The notes under the pieces: model-generated
The model's database searches: none
The model's input: the letters and a program-made list of their open reading frames with translations, nothing else
What the model was told of the DNA's origin: nothing
Shown here: positions 53,401-64,000 of the stretch, in pieces
Layout: each line of letters begins with the position of its first letter
Numbering within the stretch: the stretch's first letter is position 1
Assembly: GCA_040954595.2 (NCBI GenBank)
Contig: CM082592.2
Coordinates: forward strand, 124,001-188,000
Direction: 5' to 3'
DNA: 64,000 nt
Source: Balanoglossus misakiensis
Taxonomy: Eukaryota > Animalia > Hemichordata
Program-made: the position numbers and the translations under genes

Positions 53401-53588
53401 CTGAAAACAAGTCTGCTGGTCCTAGTAACTTCTCACCAAACACCCAGGTGTAACAATCCAGTGCAGCTAACAGCCAGTCATACCAGTTCATTGCCACTTT
53501 GACAGAAAATGTCTCTGCCATGCTCTCCATAGTTAGGTGTTTAGAAATCCCAGTCCTGTGTCTAGCCTTTCCACCTCCAGATTCAAAT
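53401..53588 (-). pseudogene. PRKDC: DNA-PKcs exon (frame open)
   Basis: FESGGG...WYDWLLAALDCYTWVFGEKLLG vs human FEGGG...WLDLLLAALECYNTFIGER; ag at 53589-90, gt at 53399-400. Confidence 0.9.
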
Positions 53589-54141
53589 CTGTCAACAATG
53601 AACAGTAAACAGGACTGAGTAATCACAATTGGTGATGGACTGGATTTCAGCAGAAATGAAAAAAAATGTTCTGAAAGATCAAACAAAGAAATGTGTAAAC
53701 AGTCAAACATTGTCATCTGTGTCAATCTACTTAAAGGTAACATGACTACAGGAGCTTCAGCCAAGCCAAGCTTTTCACTTGGGAGATTATTGAAATCAAT
53801 TTAAAACTCAGTAACTCCAACTTCGGGTTATTTTCTCAATACTTTTGTTTTGGTGGTCACCTTTCATTGAACAATGAATGGGCAAGTGCTCGCTCACTTC
53901 TTCAGTGAATTTCACTGTTTGTTTATCTTATCATAAAAACTTGGGCACCACAGTCCTTTGGAAAAAAATATTCATGTGTGGTGATTTAAATCAATGATGC
54001 AAGAAGCAGAATTAATCACAGGATTAATGGCTTCTGATTGAAAAATACTAAATGCTTAATATGCCATATGCCGCACACAGAGTGATCACATAAGTCAATT
54101 GGACCTCTGTTCCAAAGGACTAAAATGATTGCAACGTTTTA

Positions 54142-55015
54142 ATTAAGCAATAACCCCCGCCGCAGGCGGGTATACATGAGATTTGGGTACAATTCGAGAC
54201 ATATAGCACGAGCCGTCAGGCGAGTGCTATATGGAGCGAATTGTACCCAAATCGAGTGTATACCCGACTGAGGCGGGGGTTATTGCTATTATATTATATC
54301 AACAACTGTTTCTGCATATCAGTGTCATTTTCTTACCGAAACGGCGTCAGAAAGAGAAATTACGATCGTGAACCAAAATGGCGACGACGAATGTAAACAC
54401 GCGCGGCCGGGATCGAGCATTAAACATGCAGCAGACGACAAAAAGTGACAAGACGGGCATCGCGCGTGGCAAAGCGACAAATATATCCACAGAGCAGTTC
54501 CAAAATAAAACGTCCGTTAATTCAACAGTATTTTTGTTTTATTTATTTGGTTTAAACACGCGCGACTGTGGTTTAACCGCACATTTTTGCTGCCGAATGC
54601 TAGTTCAGGGGCCCGTTTTACCACTGCTAGCCATGGTAAAACAGTATTTTACCATCGCTGGATTCAGCTCTCGTCCAATCAGAATCACGGACGGTAGCAT
54701 GATATAATATAATATTATATTTATTTTACAAAAATAAGTGACAAGACGGGTATCACGCGTGGCAAAGCGACAAATATATCCACAGAGCAGTTCCAAAATA
54801 AAACGTCCGTTAATTCAACAGTATTTTTGTTTTATTTATTTGGTTTAAACACGCGCGACTGTGGTTTAACCGCACATTTTTGCTGCCGAATGCTAGTTCA
54901 GGGGCCCGTTTTACCACTGCTAGCCATGGTAAAACAGTATTTTACCATCGCTGGATTCAGCTCTCGTCCAATCAGAATCACGGACGGTAGCATGATATAA
55001 TATAATATTATATTT
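54142..55015 (+). mobile_element. Crypton-like hairpin element with ~293-bp tandem duplication of its 3' half
   Basis: Palindrome 54147-54287 centred on CGAGCCGTCAGGCGAG; 54443-54735 repeated at 54736-55027. Confidence 0.6.
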
Positions 55016-55648
55016 ATTTTACAAAAACTTGCATCTGAGCTTTACTTTAAAATACTTCCATTTACTAGTAGTACAAGTACACATCAGTTAACATTGACAG
55101 CTAGGCATGATGTCATAGATGTAGGACTTCAAAATTGACATTCTAAACAGTGGGGGCGCTCTATCATAGTAGGTTTTAATGAACATGTGTATTTAATTTC
55201 GTGAATCAGATATATCGATGAAAACTGCGTATTTTCACATACGCTTATAGTTAAGGCATTTGCTGTATCTAGTCACATTACAGTAATACACCAGACATGT
55301 TCTTTTACTCAACTCAATGTATGTAAGTTCAATTTCTGACACACTCAGATTACCCAAGTCCATGTGACCAACTCTATTGCAAGTATACAGACTTGAACTC
55401 CAGAAAACTAGTCACCTACAATACTTGAACTGGAGCCACATCCAAAACTTGACTTTGAGATCTTTTATCAAATCAGTTTTCCTTTTAGAATTATAATTCC
55501 CATGCAATTTTTGTGACAGAAGAAATAAAGATATTCCCAGAAAAAAAAACAGTTTTCTCTTTAAAGATCCAACCTTACCATAGAAAACAAACGGGTTTAG
55601 ACTGAACCATGGTGGTGATAGGGTTAAGCCAGAGCATGTATCAAAATA

Positions 55649-55813
55649 CAGTAAAACCTGTCTCAACCGAACCCTGTTGGGAAACCTGTCTATTCCAAAG
55701 ACATTGTTCAAACCCTTTGACATGGAACCACATGTTGAAAGAACCTCTTTAAATTGGACACCTGCAATCTGAACAATTTCTTCAGTCCCTTTGGTGTTAG
55801 ACGGGTTTGACTG
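55649..55813. mobile_element. Tigger/pogo-like MITE (similar MITEs at 46389-46549 and ~56269-56455)
   Basis: TA-CAGTAAAACC...GGTTTGACTG-TA. Confidence 0.7.
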
Positions 55814-56596
55814 TACTTGAAAGTGCAATTGAACAAAAATGCTAAAACTATAATTGCAGACTGTCAGTATATTTAGGCTGGGCATCATCTACATAGGTCC
55901 CAGAGTCAATAATGTCACAGTATTCCATTTCTCTATGTACCAAATTGTCATAAAACATTGCTATGCAGTCATGTTACCCTTCCAAGACGCGAACACGAGG
56001 CCAGTTGGTTACAGAGTAAAAACTTGAGAGTCTTGTGTATCAACACTATAGTTGGGACTTATGTTCGACAGCCACATTTTATTGTAAGGTCAGTTTTACA
56101 CGCAACTTGTATCATGTATAAAACAAACTAGATGAGCTCGAGCAGTACTCTACTGACCGCCTTTTTCACATTGTCTGCATTGAGATGACACTTAATTTTG
56201 GAAGGCTGCCCTCTTTATGAAAAATGTCATGATTGTGTTACACGTAAAACAGACAGAAATCAACACAACAGCTGTCAAACCTGCTCATTATGGCTAGTGA
56301 AGGGACTTTTCTAAACTGGCCTTTATAGATAGGTGGCCATTATACCTTGTAGAAAAGTCAATTAATGTAGTTGTAAATTGCACAGGGACTAGAATAAAGT
56401 GGCCACTATATAGAGGTGGCTGCCTAATAGAGGTGGCCACTAACAGGTTTGACTGTATGTTGATCTGTGTCATGAATAGCAGACATTTACCAATGACTGA
56501 TTGTACAATATATGATTTCAGTGTCACATATACATGTATAAGACACTAAGTACAAACCCATACATCTTACTTTCTCTCCAAATTGTAGATACTCAC

Positions 56597-56708
56597 AAAC
56601 GCATGTATGTTGAATCCTGGTCTGCAACCACACTCTGGTAACTGGTTGGTGTGTTGCAACCTACTTGTTGGCATGGTGACAAACCAGCTTGATCGCACTC
56701 ATTGTCAT
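56597..56708 (-). pseudogene. Calcium-binding EGF exon, frameshifted
   Basis: DDNECDQAGLSPCQQVGCNTPTSYQ/(fs)/CGCRPGFN..TCV; cgcag/gtgagt; 112 bp. Confidence 0.8.
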
Positions 56709-58505
56709 CTGCGGGGAAAACACAAATATCATAAAATGTATTAGAATGAATACATGTGAATTACAGTTTTCTTTGAGTACACATTTGAAAATATACGACA
56801 AGAGAGAAAAATTGTGTGAAACTTAATAAATATCATCTGGCATATAACTTGGTCATTACATATGTTTATCTGTACCAGTACTGTATACTGATAAACAAAC
56901 AATGTAGTAACCACATTAAATTTAACAAGGTAGTGTTTGAAAGCCAAAAATATCATGCACGAGACAACAAACTCGTTTTTTTTTTTTGGCTCTGAAGTGT
57001 AAACAGAGGAGTCTGTCAAGTTGGGTATGAGCTACTACCGTCTGTCAAACTACTTCCATCTGTCAAGAATTCATACCATTTTCTAGCTTTATGTTTTTGG
57101 TGGTGGTGTGTAGCTTTGAGGTGTTGCGGAAGAATTGGAACAGGGACAGAAATCGGAACGGATTAGCCAGCAGTGCTTTTGCTACCCGCGAGAAAAAAGT
57201 TTGGCGAGACAATTTTCATACAAATTAGTCAAACTTGCGAAGCACTGCTATCTAACATCGTCGTTTGTTTTGACATGATCAACTTGCCATGATCAGTGCA
57301 CTACAATGCGTGAAAGTGGACCGCTGTTCTGTTCATTGATCATCACCCCCTTGTATCATGAACATTGTAAGGCAATCCATTGAATTCAGCTCTTTCAGCT
57401 AGTGGCCACACTCGCTTGATTTCCTGTGTGTGTCTCTGGAGACACAAATAATGCACATGCGTCTTTTTCTAATTTGCATATTTTGAATGGGTTAGGTGTG
57501 CCCTGACTTGAATGCGTCAAGCGTACAGGTTGTTATGGAAGTTTCTTTTTAGAACCACTAGTGTTAGTCTGTGGGCCCAACCATCAAAAAAGGTTCTAGA
57601 AATGTTATTATGTTGTATAGGAGTTTTGTTCTACATGAAATTAGCTGGAAATGATGGGTGGGAAACTATTGATGTGAAATCAGGTCACTTCTACCGAAAA
57701 TGATGGGAGAGCAAGAGAGCAATGACTATTTTAATTTATTTCATATACTATGTTCACAACTGCTATGCACCCATAAACTGGGGAAACTAAATGATTGAAC
57801 TTTCTGTTTGAACAATTCATGTATTTTTTTTGCTACCACCTACACTACTATAGTCAGCACATGAAAGTATATACTTGAATATGGAGAAATTTTATCAAAA
57901 CACTTCAGCTGATCTTGAATGCTGTCTGATATTTTTTTTTCCAAATGTATTTCTTTCACTTTTAGACTAGTACTTCTAAGCACTGTTTTTTTTCAAAACA
58001 CATTTCTCATAGCTCGCACTGGTGCAATTTGATACGACATACACAATGAATTCCATCAGTATAACATAATATACAGAATCTGAGAGGGAAATGACAATAT
58101 ATTTGTGTGAGGCCATTTGTGAGTGCAGGCCATTTTTAAGACTTAATTTAAAACAGTTATTAGAGCCCAGGACAAGTGGTTTTTCCCCCTGTCAAGCACC
58201 TACGTTATCAGGCTGCATTCAATATTACATGAGCAAATCAGTTCAGCATTTCACTGTGGTGTTTGCACTGTTCTCCAAACATTCTGCTCGTCATCCACTA
58301 CACACTGAGAGAGCACCAAGTGTCCTTGACGCTATATTTTTAATTTCTAACTATGGAAAGTGCCTGATAACTTTAAATTATTTTCTTTTTTATCATGGTG
58401 ACTGGCTGTAATCTCTGCAACTTACAACTTCTGTAAGCACCCTTTTGTGGCAGGAAATGCAAAGCCATTGTTAGCCTATACCCTCCCCACTCAAAAAAAA
58501 CTTAC

Positions 58506-58625
58506 CTAAACAATTGACATGATCTGCACTCAGAGAAAAACCATCATCACCACAACTACAGCTGAATCCACCCTCTGCATTGTGACAACCTCCAGCACAA
58601 ACAGAATCTGAACACTCATTCACAT
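58506..58625 (-). pseudogene. Calcium-binding EGF exon (phase 1-1, frame open)
   Basis: DVNECSDSVCAGGCHNAEGGFSCSCGDDGFSLSADHVNCL; tttcag/gtaag. Confidence 0.85.
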
Positions 58626-60329
58626 CTGAAAATAGAAAACAAAAACATCCATTGTAATTATTCAAGTCAATACCTATCCTCCCTTCCTTTAAAATTTTCT
58701 TAAATTGAACAAATTCATATGGCTTTGAAATTAAGTATTAACAGTGATATTTCTAATATTTCTAACAGGCCTGACTTTTCTAAACTTTCAGTTTCTTTGT
58801 GGATTTGTAGAAATGATGTAAAAACTGAGCTGTCAGGTCATAACTGTTTGTGCTTTGGCATGAACACATATCCCAGAATGCCCTACAGGGTTGGCAAAGA
58901 AATTGATAAACTCTTCACCTAAAATTTCAAACTCGTAGATCTTAATTATATAGATTCTCACACTCCTGGCATGCTGAGAGTGTGGGATCAGAGTGTAAGA
59001 ACAAATCAATCCCACACACTCACTGAATCGAAAGCTGTATATGACGCGAGCGCTGATTGGATGACAAAGCGATTTTTAATAACGTGCGCTAAATGTTATC
59101 CAATGACAGGATAAAGAAACTACAACATGCCAGATGACAACTCAAGAGTCATTTATTCAATGTTTTAAGACGAATTTGGCTAATTTGTGCCCGTGTGAGA
59201 AATATAATCTCATACACAAAGGACCTAGGATCATATTTCCCACACTTGTCAGGGATATTTTGTCCCACATTCGCCTGCGGCTCGTGTGGGACAGAAAATC
59301 CCAAACTCATGTCAGAATTATGACCCCTAGTCCTTGGGAGTGTGAGATTCTATTAATCTCACAACCTTAGGACCTGGGATAAGATTTCTCAGATGAGTTG
59401 GTGATATTTTTGCTTGTGTTAGTCAACATATACCTGATAAGTGTAAAAAATTGCGTCAAGGACACAGAGGTCCCATTCAGTCTACACGGAGTACATATAC
59501 ACAGTCAGATCGCACGGTGCTCATTTGCATATGAAAGTTCATCAAGCGAGCGACCGTTAACTTTCAAACAGACTGCAATAGGCCAATTTTCAAGGTGATT
59601 TTCAACTTGATTTTTATGCTCTGTTGTGCAATAAAATACCATGTTAGCTGGATAAATTACGAAAGTGATTCCCATTTTTCACTGCAGACGTAAATTTTAT
59701 GAAAATCTGTCGGTAATAGTAGAAGTTTTTAACGTGTTTTCAGTGGTATGTTGGTGACCCCGAAAGAGACGTCCATAAACGTGTCAAAAAGCATTTGAAA
59801 ACGACCTCGGAAGTTAACCAAACTTTCCTGACAGAGAGGTCTAATATCGGTCCCGACATCCATGAAAAGAAATTAATTCGAAATGCTTGTGTAACAGTCC
59901 GCTTAAAAATAATCGATGTCGTTCAACGATATGACCCGGAAGTATACGTTGACCTCTCCGGCTCCATGTTAGCCTTGTAAATACAGAAGTGTTGCGTTGA
60001 TCGTGAAACGATACGTTTACCGTGGGGAAAACAGCTTTTGAAAGGCAATTCTTAAGTAAAATAGTTACTGGATAATGTATAACACCCTAAGGTAACGTAT
60101 TAGCCAAGTTTTAACTTAATTACTAGCCTGATTTCAATACAACATCGATCTATCGCCTACAAATGTAGGTCCCATATGGACAGAATGCCAGGTTTACCAT
60201 ACATGACTACGTACGTGTGAGGAGCTCAGCTGGTGTATTTTTTTTCTCTGTATCGTGGCCTGGGATATTAGTAGACATTTCGAGAATGCAAAATGCCAAC
60301 TGTAACTTCAAAACCATTTCCCTTTATTC

Positions 60330-61260
60330 ACTGATAATATATGCAATAAATATTTGTGTCTGAAGGCAAGCAATTTTTGTTGTCATCATTGCATTGGGCT
60401 GAACAGGACAGAGTTTGAGCTGATCAGCTGACTCCAAGTTTCGATTTGGAACATACAATTTGATCATATCAGACAGATATGATGGTCCAAGTCTATGAAT
60501 GAATTCAAAAATAAGAAATAAAATCTTGAAAACAATACGATCAGACACAGGTAACCAATGCAACTGAAATTGCATTGATGTAAAAGGTGATTTTGGAACT
60601 AGCAGCAATATTTTGAACTTGAATACGGCTGATCTAGTACTTAGGGAGCCCAAATAAAAGTGAATTACATGAATCTATTCAAAATGCAACAAAAGAAGGA
60701 ACTTTATTGCTATGTGGCGGCTTGAGATAAATATTTACAGACAAGTGCAATATGCTGCAAATGAAAAGCGACTGAATGGCAGATCTGTGCAATCATTGTC
60801 AGACAATGAACAGGTTTCAGAGCATCACATGCATTTCTGTAATCCCTCTGGCAGATAGATTACCCGAAGTAGCAGAAAAAATAACAAATTCAGTCTTATC
60901 GTTATTTAAACACAAGACATTTTCAGACATTCAGTACCGACATCGGAAATACAATGTTCTAGATTTGAAAGCATTCTGGGAGCATTCTTCTTGGTAAAAG
61001 ACAATGAAGAGCCATCTGCATAAAAGCTATGTACAGGCATCCATGACTAGAAACTAATTCACCTAATGGAGAAGTGTACATATTAAAAAGTATAGGACAA
61101 AGAACTGATCCCTGTGTTACCCCAGTGTCAAGCGGATAAAATGGTGATTGTTTGGAACACGGTTACAGTAACCATGTCTGAAATTAACACATACACACAG
61201 GGTGCGATTGGAAAGGTATGACTGAAACCACAATAGGGCTGCAACCCACAAAAGACCAAT
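60330..61260 (-). mobile_element. Degenerate L2 LINE RT/3' fragment
   Basis: LLWFQSYLSNR, GVTQGSVLCPILF, LHWLPVSDRIVFKIL, PSYLSD..PNRNL. Confidence 0.8.
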
Positions 61261-61279
61261 CAATTTCATTGATGATTCA

Positions 61280-62760
61280 TTAAATGTCATCACAGTCACC
61301 ATCATTAGAATCACAATCACCATTCTTTGAATTATCAGTTTGTTTTTCTTCCGTCCAGTTATATTCATCAGTCAGTTCGTCAAAGTCAGAATCAGTCTCG
61401 TAAATATTTCCCTCTTCTTCTCTTAAAATGTCAAATTCATGTGACTCCTCCTGTAAAATTGCATCAATGCTATTTTCCATATTATGATGTTCAGTATCAG
61501 TGATTGGTGATGGTGATTCTAATAGTGGTGACTTATCTGTATATTTTGGGCATACCCCAAACTTTTTCGATGTGGTACAGAATCCAGGGTTCCCATTTTG
61601 TGGATTACTGGAGTCATTGCCTTGACACGCAGAGCCACAACCATTGTGGGTCTTATAACATTTACAACATCTGCTATTACAAGTTGGCATCTTTTTGCAG
61701 CCACACCCTTTTGTTAGCAACTCCAAATTATTTTTCACTTTTTCTAAATTGGCATCACTGTCCCAAATAATATCAAGTTCGCCGTTGCTTAGTCTGTATC
61801 CATAATTATTGAATAAGGGAAACGTAACATGGCACTGATCGGCCTGGGACCATTACTGAGAGAGCATGATCTTTTCCAGTGCAGTTGTAGGGCTTCAAAG
61901 GAAGGGATACATTCTTCCTCATACTGGATACGTGGCCAAATTGTTTCTCATATATATGTAAGCCATTTGATGTGGTTATCTTTAAGACTGTTAGTGACAC
62001 TGGCTACTTGTCGATAAAGTTCAAAAAGATGAGATGCATCAAATGCTTGGAAATGTTTCTTAACATAAACACTACCTTTTAAACGCATGAAAGCGAAAAT
62101 TCCATTCCCTACACTGTCTACTGTTGTGTCTATCAGTGTTCCAGGTATAAGGGTGCCACTAGTTATAAACTCAGGGTATTGAAAAAATGTCTTGTAGAAA
62201 GATATCTTTCCGATGCCTGCAAAGTATAGTCACAACCTGTGCATATGAACACTGTTTGAAATATTTTGCCTACATATTGGAGGGGAATATGTTGCAAATA
62301 AGGGTCTAAATTTAAATCTGATTTGAATTGATTCATGTCTAAATAAGTGAGATTGGATAAATCATTATCCAGTTGTACAAATATCTCCTTTTGAACATGT
62401 TGATATAGTACTGGGAGGAGAACATGATAAGTATCGGTATCAGGGGAGTAAATAACACCTTTCTTGTAAGAGGACTGAACTGCATGAAGGATGCATCTAC
62501 TGTCAGCTTCTTCATGACAACTTTTGGCTTCCCACTCAGACACAATTCCATTACTACCGACGAAAAGACTCTTGTCCCTATTTTCCCCATCAAAGCCACC
62601 TGCTGTAATGAGGACATGATCACCTTGCAGAGCCGGTACAATTATTTTTAAAGATGTGGCTGACAAGAAGTTCACTAGTTTTCTCTTGTTTGGCCTACAA
62701 TTAATGTATGTTTTGAGCTAATATTATTGATTTCCTATTTTTTATGCATTTGTTTGTATT
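61280..62760 (-). mobile_element. Decayed AcademX-like transposon gene: XPG/FEN1-type nuclease + C-terminal Cys-rich finger + acidic tail
   Basis: HEEADSRCILHA, YSPDTD, TGCDY/AGIGK, IPSFEALQLHWKR, IIWD, GCGCKKMPTCNSRCCKCYK..GCGSAC; split by frameshifts and a stop. Confidence 0.75.
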
Positions 62761-63571
62761 TTTCCATGTTATTGGTAAAAAGTCTTCATTTCTGAAAGTG
62801 ATGGGCTTACTTCTTTTAAATTTAGTATGAAGCTTCCCAATTGTTGTCTGAGTAACCATAGTTGTGTTCAAATTGTTGTAAAATTTGCATATTTATAATT
62901 TTGAGCAATATTTGCCATTTTTGGTCAATTTTTTTTTCTGTAAAACCGCATGACGTATTGCTTTGCAATTTGGTAGGCATGTTCGTAGGTGTAACCCAAA
63001 TAATATGTTGTAAAATATGTGATATTTTCATAAATGTGTTATCGGGGAAACTTTTGCAATTTTTGTCAAAAATTGTTTTCCTGAAACTGCTTGTCATATT
63101 GCATTGAACTTTGGCAGCATGTTCCTTGTAGTGGTTGAAGTAAGGTATTGTACAATTTTGTGTTTTTGCCACTTTTGAACAAATATTTTTTTTGTGAAAC
63201 TGCTTGTTGATTGCTTTGAAATTTGTTTTTTCTCTGATTGCTTTGAAATTTAGGATATAATTTCATAACACATACATGTATATGTGCAACTTTTATTCAA
63301 TTCTGATATCAGAAATATTCAATATTTAGCGAGTTTTTTCTCCTAAACCAATTGTCCAGTTGTTTTGAAAGTTACTGTTTACAAGGAGTTGTTACCCCCA
63401 ACTGAGACATGTTTACATAACTTCAATAAGCCAGCTGTTAGAGAGACCATGGGCTATTAAATTGTTTATTACTAGTGGCAGGTCAGTGTGTGTGTCTGTC
63501 TGTCTGTCTGTTTCAGAGCTGACTGAAAGAAGTTGCTTCTCATATGTGTTTGTACAGACAATTTTTGGTCA

Positions 63572-63705
63572 ATTTTTTTTACATTCCATATTTCTATATC
63601 GTAAGATCATATCTGCTTGCAATGTCACCTGTAATTTTTATTCTGGTGTGTCACTGTTTCCGCATAATCCTCAAATGGGACCACAGTGTCCTTGACGCTA
63701 TTATT
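63572..63705 (+). mobile_element. HINE 3' end (related ends at 58310-58340 on + and 59445-59485 on -)
   Basis: ATGGGACC + AGTGTCCTTGACGCT hairpin + TT; (GTCT)n at 63486-63511 upstream. Confidence 0.7.
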
Positions 63706-64000
63706 TGCTGTGTCATCTGAAAATATATTAGTTAGCTCCCTGGCGGTATTAAGTGGTGAAAATACATCAGCACCTTCAAGACAATTGATATACAACCTGC
63801 AGTTTGACTCATGTATTTTATGTACACTAACTGAATTATGGGTTTTCATTTTAGAAAGAAAATAACTGATCTTTTAGATTCTTGGCAGCCATAGCTCTAT
63901 AGGGTAAATAAATTGCTATTCTCTCCATTAACCCACCTGTAGAAGTATGCAATGCAGCTTTAACATCTTTATTGACGCACATTTCATGGGCTTCATCTAG

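Larger units (their letters stand above)
30693..53588 (-). pseudogene. PRKDC: Partial duplicate of DNA-dependent protein kinase catalytic subunit: 10 consecutive internal exons (1585 bp), 2 stops and 2 frameshifts
   Basis: Hand-spliced exons 53401-53588, 47472-47701, 45251-45374, 44497-44591, 44186-44324, 43115-43276, 38759-39008, 37557-37692, 31842-31999, 30693-30795 all have GT/AG and chain in phase. Peptides are colinear with human DNA-PKcs as recalled (approx. residues 1230-1745). Confidence 0.9.

Noticed and set aside
53401-53588. Sushi/CCP domain in an alternative frame (NYGEH...FCQSGNELV)
   Set aside because: That frame has stops; the open frame matches DNA-PKcs and joins the next exon in phase.
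55243-55500. Possible extra exon (donor gtatgt at 55241-42)
   Set aside because: No clear acceptor and no recognisable homology in any frame.
8079-58625. Functional SCUBE/SVEP1/fibropellin-like gene with sequencing-error indels
   Set aside because: Five substitution-type stops and lost cysteines accompany the indels, and no CUB/VWA exons are visible; the parent gene cannot be named.
59451-63700. Intact AcademX element with ~30-bp TIRs
   Set aside because: No TSD, and both ends have Helentron 3' subTIR+hairpin structure found elsewhere without Academ sequence; kept only as a weaker hypothesis in findings.

Overview
AT-rich, repeat-dense eukaryotic (metazoan, probably marine invertebrate; inferred from repeat and gene style) DNA with no intact protein-coding gene. 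Reading the minus strand by hand gives 22 GT-AG exons, all co-oriented, from unrelated genes. In order: two Ca-binding EGF exons (58.6-56.6 kb), ten consecutive internal exons of DNA-PKcs/PRKDC (53.6-30.7 kb, about 528 codons of the M-HEAT/leucine-zipper region), two 8-Cys EGF-like exons (29.0-27.4 kb), six GCC2/GCC3 (ephrin-receptor-like) Cys-rich exons (14.6-9.4 kb) and two more 8-Cys EGF exons (8.6-8.1 kb). Fourteen of the 22 exons carry stops or frameshifts, so the locus is a mosaic pseudogene. A candidate fusion breakpoint maps to about 29,603. The introns are filled with Helentron-type non-autonomous elements (HINE/DINE-1-like) that carry a ~237-bp satellite, including an 8-kb stacked array at the window start. 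They also hold a near full-length decayed L2 LINE, CR1/L1/Gypsy remnants, a decayed AcademX-like XPG+Cys-rich gene, and many MITEs (Tc1/mariner, Harbinger, piggyBac/Kolobok-type TTAA, CACTA, Crypton-like hairpins). All homology calls come from remembered motifs, not database searches.
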